A DNA stretch of 63,266 nt, the filler included. It is 11 parts of 11 records of this genome, joined end to end, with 100 filler letters (N's around TTAATTAATTAA, not from the genome) between each part and the next. Parts side by side here need not be neighbours in the genome. Positions count along the whole stretch, not along the records: positions 8,637 to 13,812 come from SRR15195285_244; positions 13,913 to 18,570 come from SRR15195285_245; positions 18,671 to 24,740 come from SRR15195285_246; 8 more parts are not named here. One strand, 5' to 3'. Positions 12,001 through 22,227 of the stretch are shown piece after piece (within the stretch, counting starts at the first letter, position 1; each line of letters begins with the position of its first letter). Position numbers and translations under genes: made by a program. The notes under the pieces are model-generated. The model was not told where the DNA came from, did no database searches, and saw only the letters and a list, made by a program, of their open reading frames with translations.

Positions 12001-13807
12001 GCAAGCACGCTCTACCGACAGCCGAATAGGTACCGTATGCACACTGTTCACAACGAACACGATCGATAGTTGGTTGCTGCCCTCGGCCACATGAGTCGCA
12101 GCGCAATCTTCCATCCTCATCCTGGCGCTCAACAAACCCTTCTGCACAAACGCAAGCAGACCCATGCTCGTTCGGCCGTGCACGAACGTCTGAACACGCG
12201 ATTGGTGCCATAGAAATCGCAAGCAGAGGATAACTTTCACTGGCCGTGACGGCGCCCGTGTTGATGTTTGTGATGGCTCTCATTGGGACTATCGGGGCGG
12301 CATTTGCAGCTAGTGTAAACTCGAACAGGCCTTTTGTGGTCAGCCATGGTCCTGGGACAGCACAAGTGTAAGTCCCATCCTTTTCGTCATCACATTCGAA
12401 AGACGCTTCAGAGACGTGAGCAAACGTAGAGCTCTCCAGCTGAACAACAATCCTCTGGCCACCCCGGCTGATTGCATCGCCACTTGCGGTCCGCGTGATG
12501 ATTTTAAAAGAACACGCATCACCAACAGCGCACTGAACCGGGGGGACTGGAGTGATTAGAGTTTTGCTCAAGTCTGCTACTTCTAGAGATGTTGACAGCT
12601 GTAGAGTCCGCAGATCTGCAAAACCGTTTAGAATAGAACCCAGCTCCGCAGTACCCGCCGGGTCAAGTGGCAGCTGTAGTTGGTTGTGTTCGAGTCGTAG
12701 GCTCCGCAGCTGATGTAAGTTTTTGAGCTCGGTGGGGAGCTCACCAGCGATGAAGTTTTCAGAGATGTCAACTTCGGTCAATGCTCGCAGCATCCCGATC
12801 TCTGGTGCGATAGTGCCTCGCAATCCCAAACCACGCATATTCAGTGCAACGACACGCGCAGTGGAGCAACTGCGAGTGCTGTCTGCACAGCATTGCGTTG
12901 ATAGCAACTTTGCTGAGCTCTCAAAGCAATGTGCATTCTGGGGCGTGTAAGTCACATTAAGCCAAGATCCGTGTGTAGGTATGTGTATAGCAACGTCAGA
13001 CGGCGTCCAAGGATGTGTTGCAATGCTATCAATTTCAAGCGTGAATCCTGCAGCAGTGACACTCACATCCGTAACGAAACTGATGTAAACATTTGGTCCA
13101 GTGGATTCCACCGTGTCAGGAAGATCTGATAAATCACCTGACAGTTGAGCAAGCTCCGGGGATCCACTATTGGATCCGTCGAAAATGGTTACAAAGTCAT
13201 AGCCCTGCTCGGTCGCAAAATCTTTAAGCTGTATCAAAAAGGTGCCTTCGCCACGGAGATGGACTCCACAATGGAGATCGTTTTCGTACGGACCTGCGCC
13301 ACTAGTGACAACACCTTCTCGAACGTCAAACACGGAGCCATCTGACTGACATACAGATATTGCAGCTAATCCAGTATGCACACCAGCTGCACTGACTGCT
13401 GATGTACCATGGTTTCGAGTCGTTGAAACGTTGAACGTCGTTTCGTGATAGTGCCCAGCTACACTTGACCGAATCTGGAACGACGTCGTTGCAGCTGTCC
13501 CCTCTACTGCTGGTGAGGCTTCGAACAGCCTCGATTGTGGTATCTCCATAGGACGATCATCGAAGTTGTTGCTCACCCCAGTCCACACTTCCGTTGCGTT
13601 GCTGTCGACTCGAAGTGAAAAATAATCGAATTCGATCGAGCCATTGGATCTGATCGTGGCTTGCACGTCTTCACGAGGCAGCGTTTGTGCCAACGGTGTA
13701 CTGGACGGCTCCGTGCGGTCACGCACCATTTCCCAGTTTGCCGCGAAACCAAAAAGAGGCCCCCCGTGCCAAGCAGCGTGACAATCAGTACGCCAACGCA
13801 CTAGCAT
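9007..13807 (-). CDS. Multi-pass membrane receptor: CUB, LRR, filamin/Ig-like and Cys-rich ectodomain, multi-TM bundle and cytosolic TIR domain; probably 5'-truncated; 2 exons visible
   Basis: ORFs 10526..13807 and 9007..10569 join via intron 10576..10432 (GTAAGC...TTGCAG), giving 'FFYWEGVDM|VRKL'. CUB 'YENDLHC...FATEQGYDFVTIFDG...FVTDVSVTAAGF', plant-type LRR 'GLRGTIAPEIG', CxxCxxG repeats, TM region with 'QILGYGQV'-like and 'LVADYDISC' motifs, TIR 'HVFISYR...VYLD...VFVPLVS...VLLEW'. Confidence 0.85.
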
Positions 13808-14088
13808 GTCACNNNNNNNNNNNNNNNNNNNNNNNNNNNNNNNNNNNNNNNNNNNNTTAATTAATTAANNNNNNNNNNNNNNNNNNNNNNNNNNNNNNNN
13901 NNNNNNNNNNNNAGCATCATCGATCAAGCGCCGGATTGTCCATTATCACTTCTTTTTCCTCACCGGGGTTGACCCTCGCGAGCGTGCCGGCACGCGTTCG
14001 CACTGCTGGCTGCGCAGCGCGCTCGTGCTGCTGCTGCTGCCGTGCTGCGGCGGCCGCGCCGCCGCCGAAGCCGCCGCCGCCGAAGCTG

Positions 14089-16820
14089 ATGATGGTGGAC
14101 ATGCTGCTGCCATTGCTGCTGCTCACCAGCACCCAGCAGACACCGCCCAAGAACCACACGGTGACCCCGGGAAAGATCCCGGGTGCGCTTGGGCCGACGC
14201 CGCCGCGCCAGACGCAGGTAATGGCTGCCCAAATGGTGCAGGTGCAGGCGGCAGCCGCGGTCGCCTCCGCGGCGGCCAAGCCGCGCCTGCTGAAGCTTCT
14301 GTCCGAGCCAGGCTTTACCACCGCACTCAATGAGTGCTGCCCTGAGCTGGTTTTGATGACACCGCAGCAGCGCTTGGACTGGTTCGACGCGGAATCAGCA
14401 GCTGCCGAGATGGTGCACAACTTTGGCAGCACCGATGGCAACGACGTCGTCGAGGCGGCCATCGTCGGCGGTGACGAGTCCATCGACCTGGGCTCGGCCA
14501 GCAAGTACTTCCACAACCTCTGGGAGATAGAACTGCTGAGGGTCGAGCAGGGTCCGGTTCCTGGCCTACCACCGCCGCCGCCTCCCAAGCTGCATGTGGA
14601 CTGCACAAAGCTCGGTTCTGCCAACAGCTGCGAGAACGCCTCCCGTGCCAATCAGCTGCAGATACGCAACCAGCCGTTGGCCTGCAAGTGGCGCACCGCA
14701 AGCTCGGAGTGTGTGCCCATTCCTAACGAGCAGAGCCAGGCTCAGGTCACAGACATTGTCGAGGTGGGACTCTTTGGCTTTCCCGCCTTTGCTGAAAAGA
14801 ATGCCTCGTCAGATGACATGAAACCGCATTATACGTTCGCCGAGTCGATCAACCGTCCCATCTACACGGCGTTTAACCACAGGAAGGTAGATGTGGGTAA
14901 TCCACAGTTCGGTCATACCAGCGCGATCTTCATGCCCAGTTACGTGCGCAACATGACGCTCATCGCACCTGTGGACACGGGCGCTTGGGATCCTCAATGC
15001 AACTCCACTCTCCAGTCAAAGTTCAACCGAGGGGCTGGCGGCGTAGATGTGTGTCAAGCAGACAATGCATCGACCTGCAACGACGACGCCCCTCAGCGCA
15101 TCCAGTGCGACTGGCGGCGCAATGGATGCGTCGACACCTTTGTTGATCGAGAGCTGTGCCCAACTCAGATCACAGAGCAGGAATGCAAGGTCGCCCAGGG
15201 CAAGTCGTTTGACGATAATTGGTTCAACAATGGGCAAGCGAGAACCACAGCGACGTGGTGGGGCTATATTTTACGCGAGACGGGCTGCCGCTGGGCCTTG
15301 GGCGCTTGCAGCGATTTTGAGTGCAGCGCGCTCAAGACCAAGCGAGCGTGCAACGCCTCAAGCCGGTCCCATTTCAACCGCTCGAACCCGGCCACCTTCG
15401 AGGAAATCACACACAAATGCATTTGGCGCGATGCTGTTGCCGCAGGTGGTGGAAGCCAGGGCCAGCAGCTTCACGCACAGCAAGGACAATGTGTTGCTAT
15501 AACACCTGACATGTGGTGCGCAGACCCAAAACAGCGAGAGGAGTTTTTCCACGTCCCACCAGGGGCACTCGTACCGCCAGGGGCATCCGAAAAAGTCAAG
15601 TGCGAAGCACTACCAAATGTCTTTTCCGGACTCTGCCGATATTCAAACACAAACACCAGTGAACGCGTCTCGAGCTCCCACGCAGCTGATTCATCAGGTG
15701 TGGAGGGTCGATGCATGGCGACGGAGTGCGCTGATCTGACCACAGCTGAAGATTGCAGCCGCTATAGCACGAAAAAGACGACAGCCATCTCCTGTGCATG
15801 GGACCACATGAAGCAGACTTGCCTAGAGTATGGTGGGAACTGCAACGTGCTACCGGATAGAAGCACATGTGTTGCAGAGATGGGCTGCCTCTGGAGTGCG
15901 ACAAACGTTTCGCACGGTAAGGCAGTCTGCCACGCTGGCAAAGGCCACGTCATCCCGGGGATAAACGCCGGAGACACTTTCAATTGTTCGTTCGAGCACT
16001 GGAAGTATCCGGACAATCTGGTGCTCGGCACGCCGACGCACTACTACCACATACTTGAGGCGGGAGTTTCAATCTGGACGAACAATGTGTCGGCGGCCAA
16101 CTTAGGCACACTTTTTGGGCGTATGGCTGCTCCAAAGCAGTTCAACATCACAGGCGCAGAAGTCTTCCGGTACTGGGAAGCGAACATCGCAGGCGCCCCG
16201 TTGTACCCAGATGGCATCAAAATGCTTGTCGGCAGCTTTGGCGACCTCTTCGGGACAATACTGGGGCGACGCCTGCAGGCCTGGTGTGTTCAGCGGGGTT
16301 GGGTACTAGCGTGGGCCCTCGGAAATCCAAGCGCGTCTAGATACGGCGACGATAGCACACCAGCACCGTACGCCAACCGTACTCTTGATCCGATGGTCTT
16401 CGCGCGTAGTGGCGCCTCCCACAACCTATCGCTGGCAAGCTCGCTCGATGGTACGGAATAGTCTTAGCCCTTTCTCTTTCTCAATTTCCATGTCAATTGA
16501 TGAGTTAGTTGGTGAGGAATTCAACAATTTTGTTCGCAGGGTTCCAACAGCTATGGCAAGACATGGCCGCCGCGCAGAACGTCAGCAGCAGCCCAGGGAA
16601 CGGTGACCCTTACGCGCGAGCATTGAATGCATCAACGGTGTACGCAATGTGGGAGCGGCTGGATCAACGATCTCTTGGGCTCGACTTTTTGGGTGGGGGC
16701 AGCTGCATGGACATTGACAGCTGTGTCGGAGTGCTGGCGTCTGATGGTAGCACGTGCGTCTGCTATGCGAGCAGTGTTGTAGCATCAGGGGAAGTGCTGA
16801 AGTCCGCGATGATGGCCTAG
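14089..16820 (+). CDS. Secreted protein with DUF3626-like domain interrupted by Cys-rich repeats; 2 exons
   Basis: Signal-like 'MMVDMLLPLLLLTS'. Motifs MVHNF, YFHNLWE, RPIYTAFN, GNPQFG and YWEANIAG, with several CxW-type Cys-rich repeats. Intron 16451..16539 (GTACGG...CGCAG) joins to ORF 16509..16820. Confidence 0.7.
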
Positions 16821-16889
16821 GACATACTTGGGTATGCTCTGGTGGTCTACTCTGGATCTAGCCATAGCTTATGGCACTGCTGTGTGTGA

Positions 16890-16948
16890 GACACAGTACC
16901 CTCGAGGTGACATTGTGTCACACAAGGTCCCCTCGAGGGTAGGGTGTC
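16890..16948. repeat. Imperfect inverted repeat/hairpin between convergent genes
   Basis: GACACAGTACCCTCGAGG pairs with CCTCGAGGGTAGGGTGTC (2 mismatches), around an inner TGACA-ttg-TGTCA hairpin. Confidence 0.6.
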
Positions 16949-17150
16949 ACAAAGCGATTTCGTGAGAAACGTATTTTAAAATGGTTTCGCTCGCAATAGT
17001 TTTCTATGTTTCAGGTTAAGGTCTCTATGCTTCCGATCTATACTGTCCAGCAACTGTGTTTCATCGCAATCTTCGGTGGTTGGGCCTAGAATGAAGGTGA
17101 TGTGGGCGTACAAAATAGCTTGGCAACTGTCTGTGACACATAGCTGCCTC

Positions 17151-18322
17151 CTAATCGTTTCTCGAAAGAACCACTAGGCCTCGCTTTTTCAAAGATGTTG
17201 TGTCCGTAGTGTCGCACTGGACCAACCGACCGCATCACACACGCAGAAGCAAACGCAACACCAGCACCAGCAGCAGCACATCCTGGTCAAATTGATGAAC
17301 GCTATCCTCACAACGACAGCGAAGGTGAGTGCATCTTCTGCAGGCAAAGCCATACCGCTGCATAGAGGTCTGCGGCCGTAGCCCAGCCCGAGGGTGTGCC
17401 AGGCCATGTGTCCAGCAAGAGAAAACGGTCCGAGTCAGCGTGGTAAGCGGAAATGACTGACATGTGTCCGAGGCCGCTGTCAACGTGGTCAGGATTGGGG
17501 AGCCCAACGAGATAAGCCTCCGAACCGGTCACCCGAGCCAGGACGCCCATGTCGTAGTTGATCACGACAGTCGCAGCAGCAGCCTCACTGCTCGCAAGCC
17601 CCATGTCAAGAGCTGCGCAGATGATCTGTCGGAAGCGATCGATGCTGCCGATCTCATCCGCAAAACATCTCGTGACATGGCCGGCGGCGTTTCGCTCCAT
17701 AATTTCTCCTACCTGATCGATTGTGGTTCCTTGTTCGATCACTTCCTGCATTGGCATGACCGAGGTAGTTGCTGCAAGGCTAAAGATATCGCGCATTTGT
17801 GGAGACTGGAGTCCCTTAGTTGCCTCAGCTCCTGTTGCGAGCATAGCCGTGCCCGAGCTGACCACACCACATGAAGTATCTGTCTCTTGCTTCTGAAATT
17901 TCGACGCTATGAGGCCAGCAACTGCACATGCGAGAGTCAGTACAGGAAGCTTAATGCGACGAAGCTACCAGACCTCGAGGAACGTGCACATGGGTATCAC
18001 ACTCACGCTCGCGGTCGCTCGTACATGCTTCAAGCAGCGACTGTCCAGCATCGGTGTCAAGCTCGACGTACTCCGACCCTGACACAGCGCTCTGATCAAC
18101 AGTGGGGGCGTCCACCACGCCCAAAACCTTCAGCTTCGCAGTCAGGAGCTCCGCTGCAGTGATATCTCCCTCCTCCTCCAGCTTCGCCAGCGCAATGAGG
18201 CGTGGCGCTTCGTCACCTGGCGCATCGACGACTGCATCGATATCTACAGCAACCGCGACAGACGACACCGGTGTGGCACACAGGTGTCTCGCGACAACGG
18301 ACAGGCGCTCCATCGGCGGCAC
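17151..18322 (-). CDS. Phytochelatin synthase-like (papain-fold, catalytic domain only) with N-terminal PTS2 and SHOCT-like motif; 3 exons
   Basis: Introns 18006..17922 (GTGAGT...TGCAG) and 17355..17217 (GTATGG...CCAG) give 'FQKQETDTSCGVVS' (Cys), 'GHMSVISAYHADSDRFLLLDTW' (His, Asp) and the end 'TTDTTSLKKRGLVVLSRND*', all matching PCS motifs. Confidence 0.8.
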
Positions 18323-18743
18323 TGGAAGCCGCTATGACCAGCCCCACACTCGCTGCTCTCGCCGGTGCGCTGCCTGCGTCCGTCGGTCGCGCTCAGCGTT
18401 GCCTACACAGGCCACACTCTACAGGGCAGGCTCGCGCTGCCGGTGCCAGTGTCGCAGCGTGATGAGGTCATCGACCCGCCTGCATGGCAGTCGCATGCAG
18501 GGCGCCCCAGCAACGATCCGGTACATGTACTATTCATCTGTTTCATAAGTCTCTGAATCAGAATCCAGTANNNNNNNNNNNNNNNNNNNNNNNNNNNNNN
18601 NNNNNNNNNNNNNNTTAATTAATTAANNNNNNNNNNNNNNNNNNNNNNNNNNNNNNNNNNNNNNNNNNNNGCTGCTGCTGCTGCTGCTGCTGCTGCCGCA
18701 CAGCGAACGAACGCTTTCTTGCGCCCGAGGGAGGGGTGGCACG

Positions 18744-21700
18744 ATGGACACGGACATGATGGCCCTCCAAACCTGCCTGCAGGAGCTCAAGGCCGCCACG
18801 AGCTTCGAGGCCGCGAAGCAGGTCGCGGTCGACGCGATGGACCTGCGCAAGACGGCGAGCAACCAGTCAGAGGACTTTCGCGCTCTGGTGGAGGACGTGG
18901 CGACGCAGGCGATCCGCAAGGCGGAAGAGCTGAAGACGCCCGCGCCGGAGCCGGAACCAGAGCCTGAATTGCAGCTCGGCCTCCCACCGACGATGGACGC
19001 ACCCAGACCGTACGCGTTCGCAGAGGCTGCGCTGCAGACTGGCACCGTCTATGAACGCGCGGGTGACTGGGCTCGCGCCAAGGAGCTCTACACGGACACC
19101 GTCCAGAAGCTCCTGGCACTGCGTGACTCCGTTTCTGACACGGTCGAGCAGCACGCAATCGGCCTGCTCACGAGCCAGTGCATTGAGCGGCTCGAGCAGC
19201 TCTCGCAGCAGCCGGGGCCCACCCAGGCGGCAGCGCCCCCAGTTTGGATACCCACAGCGGTGATGTCCCACGCGGTGCCAGCTGTGACGCTCGAGCAGGA
19301 CCCAGATATGCCCGACTTGAGTGATGACGAGGAGGATCGACGTCGTGCAGGCGGAGGCGGGTGGTTCTCGTGGGGCGACAAAGGCCCTTCGGATGCTGAG
19401 TTAGCAGAACGGAAACGCGCAGACGAGGCCACGCGCGAGAAGGAGCAGATGCGTGCGCAGATGCAGGCTATGGAGGCCCGCATGAGAGAGCAAGCGCGGC
19501 TTTTGCATGCCAACGTAAACGCAGCGCACCACTACAAGTCACGGGAGCAGCAACTGACGTGGGAACTGCAGCGCACCCAGCAGGCAAACCAGTACACCGC
19601 CGAGCAAGTCAAGCAGCTGGAAGTGAACAGCACACAGCTAATCAGGGAAGGTGTGGCAATCAACGAAATCGAGGCCAAGACGGCGCTGCAAAAGCACGCG
19701 AACGACGTCGACCAAGCTCGCCGATGGCTTGAAGAGCAGCGCAAGCAGCAGGTTGACGAGGCCGTGGCCAAAGCTGATTGGAACACGGAGGTTACCAAGG
19801 ACGAATACAGGAACATGGAGCAGGTGGGACCTAGACCAGGGATTTGGTTGGCCAGCCGAACTGTGCAAGAAGAAGAGGATGGCATGACGATAGAGAAAAG
19901 CAAGAAGGTGGTGCTGAAGCAGTTTGTCTTGAGCGATAGTGTGCAGCCGTTTCTTCACAGAATGGCTTGCCTACAGAAGCTGGAGAAACGGGCCGCCGGC
20001 TTGGTATTGACACCCACACTGTGGTTCAAAGACGAGGAGAGCGAAGCGGGCGTATGCACTGCGTACGCCGAACTTCCGCGATTAGAAACGCCGGTGCCAG
20101 TTAAGGACACAGCAATGTGCAGTGATAGTGCAAGCTGGGGCGCAGCAGATGAGGACGACGCGCCACCAGACCCTGGCTCTCGCGTTGTGATGAGTGGGCG
20201 TAAAGGCGAAATCACAATGTCCGGCGGTTTCGAACGCGGGACGGTGGAGATTAAATGGGATGATGACTACTCCACGTCACGGCACCAGCCACGTGAGTTG
20301 ACAGTTGTTCAGACAGCCATGGAACGCTACGGCGGCGGCACTGCAACACTTGGCGTACCAGAGACTTTTGCAGCTGTCTTGAAAGGCGTCATGCAGCTGC
20401 ACGCGCACGGGATTTTCGGAGTCGTGTCCGTCGACAGCGTGGTACTAGAAATGGGAGGCAGTGGCGGCCCGCGACCAGTGCTAACGGCAGGCTTCACTCG
20501 CCGTGGGATTGACACAACGAGTGCCTGCGATGCTGTGATCCAGGCAGCGGCTGGCGCGCCGGAAATGCAAGAGCCGGGTGCCGAATGGACTGACAAAACA
20601 GATATCTGGGTAATAGGTAGCCTTTTGCACCGAGCGTTGTACGGAGGCAAAGAGCCTGTACTCATGCCCGGAAAACTGCAACCCTCGCTCCCTGCGGCTG
20701 CAGGCGCCACGGCACAGCACGGTCGGGACTTGACTCTGGCCCTCTTGCAACGTAACCCTGCCGCTCGGCCGACGGCGACTGCTGCGTCATCGCACCAATT
20801 TTTCTCCGGCGGAGCCGCAGTCGAGGCATTGAAAGATGAAGGGCACGTTGTAGATGTGGAGACGAAGCTCGCAGTGTTGCGTGATCACGTGGAGCTTCTG
20901 AGGTCTGTGCACTGTGATAGCTCGTTGTCGTTGAACGTGCAACGCACGTCACTCATCGACTCCGTGCTCACAGAACTCATGGCAATATCCAGCAGCCGGG
21001 TTGAGCGCGGGGAGCTTCTTCGGAAGCTTCGCGTGCGATTCGTTGGTGAGGATGGCATCGATGCAGGGGGGCTGACTAAAGAGCTCTACACTTCGTTCGC
21101 ACGCGAGCTGTTTGACCCTGAGAAATGTGGACTGTTCGAGAGTTGTGAAGGCGAGGGTGGGACAACCCCATTATTTCTTCCCTCGGCCTCCTTTGACGGT
21201 GATCCGGACATATTTGAAGGTGTGGGTAGAATGCTGGCGATGATTCTTGTCGCAGGTTATCCGCAGCCCGGTCGGCTTGGGGTACCGGCCACACCAGGAA
21301 TTCCGATATCTCTGCCACTTGCACCCTCGTTGCTGCGGTTTTTGCTGTATCAACAGCCTACACAGAGGGACTATGCCGCATTTGACCCACAGAACGCGAG
21401 TTCGCTACAGCAGGTGCTAGAAATGGAAGACTTTGATGACATGATGATGTGTATGACGTTCGAAGACGCTACCGATCCGTCGCACCCGCTGCACGAAGAC
21501 GAAGTAACTGAGGCAAACCGGAGTGATTATGCAAAGTTGAAGGTCATGCACCAGCTCGTGGGTGTCCGCCGACCGCAGCTAACGGCATTACGCAAAGGGT
21601 TTGAGGCTATCAAACTGCGTAACCAACTGCGGCTCTTCTCTGTCACTGAGCTGATGGATGTTATGTGCGGCCAGCAATCGGTTGACGCAGAAGAGATAAT

Positions 21701-22010
21701 CAATGCCTTGGAATTTTCGGGCTTTCCACGTGGAACTCGCACCCAGCAGTACATCGAAGAGACGCTGCGTGCTTGGCCCGAGCCGTCGCTCAAGTGCTTT
21801 TTGAGGTTCATCACGTCGATGACTTGCGTACCGCCCGATGGTGGCAAGATCAAGATCTTATGCGACCGTGGGGGTACCGAAGCGTATCCGAAGGCGCACA
21901 CGTGTTTCAACCGCCTCGATATGCCCGATTACAACAGTAAAGCGATCGTGACTCAGCGCCTCCAGTTCTGTGTAGACAATGTGGATGCAGCGGGCTTCGG
22001 TGAGGCTTGA
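18744..22010 (+). CDS. MIT-like + coiled-coil + pseudokinase + HECT E3 ubiquitin ligase
   Basis: Single 1088-aa ORF. HECT motifs 'VRFVGEDGIDAGGLTKE', 'FLRFITS' and 'PKAHTCFNRLDMPDY' (catalytic Cys at 21903). Kinase C-lobe motifs APE, 'KTDIWVIG' and 'RNPAARPTA'. MIT-like 'YERAGDWARAKELY'. Confidence 0.85.
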   Translation: MDTDMMALQTCLQELKAATSFEAAKQVAVDAMDLRKTASNQSEDFRALVEDVATQAIRKAEELKTPAPEPEPEPELQLGLPPTMDAPRPYAFAEAALQTGTVYERAGDWARAKELYTDTVQKLLALRDSVSDTVEQHAIGLLTSQCIERLEQLSQQPGPTQAAAPPVWIPTAVMSHAVPAVTLEQDPDMPDLSDDEEDRRRAGGGGWFSWGDKGPSDAELAERKRADEATREKEQMRAQMQAMEARMREQARLLHANVNAAHHYKSREQQLTWELQRTQQANQYTAEQVKQLEVNSTQLIREGVAINEIEAKTALQKHANDVDQARRWLEEQRKQQVDEAVAKADWNTEVTKDEYRNMEQVGPRPGIWLASRTVQEEEDGMTIEKSKKVVLKQFVLSDSVQPFLHRMACLQKLEKRAAGLVLTPTLWFKDEESEAGVCTAYAELPRLETPVPVKDTAMCSDSASWGAADEDDAPPDPGSRVVMSGRKGEITMSGGFERGTVEIKWDDDYSTSRHQPRELTVVQTAMERYGGGTATLGVPETFAAVLKGVMQLHAHGIFGVVSVDSVVLEMGGSGGPRPVLTAGFTRRGIDTTSACDAVIQAAAGAPEMQEPGAEWTDKTDIWVIGSLLHRALYGGKEPVLMPGKLQPSLPAAAGATAQHGRDLTLALLQRNPAARPTATAASSHQFFSGGAAVEALKDEGHVVDVETKLAVLRDHVELLRSVHCDSSLSLNVQRTSLIDSVLTELMAISSSRVERGELLRKLRVRFVGEDGIDAGGLTKELYTSFARELFDPEKCGLFESCEGEGGTTPLFLPSASFDGDPDIFEGVGRMLAMILVAGYPQPGRLGVPATPGIPISLPLAPSLLRFLLYQQPTQRDYAAFDPQNASSLQQVLEMEDFDDMMMCMTFEDATDPSHPLHEDEVTEANRSDYAKLKVMHQLVGVRRPQLTALRKGFEAIKLRNQLRLFSVTELMDVMCGQQSVDAEEIINALEFSGFPRGTRTQQYIEETLRAWPEPSLKCFLRFITSMTCVPPDGGKIKILCDRGGTEAYPKAHTCFNRLDMPDYNSKAIVTQRLQFCVDNVDAAGFGEA

Positions 22011-22227
22011 TGCAGAGGATTTCTCGTACGGCGTCACACGCAATGTAGAAATGCATCGTGTACATAGGTTCAAATCAAATCAACATGCATTATCGCGTCC
22101 CGTGTGGAACACTTAGGCAGCCGGGTGACATTTTGCTAAGCTGTCTTATCGGCACCGTTGCTAGGAACCTTTCGTGTGTAGCTTCCTCTTGGATGAGGAG
22201 ACCATCGCTGCATTGAATGACGAGCAT

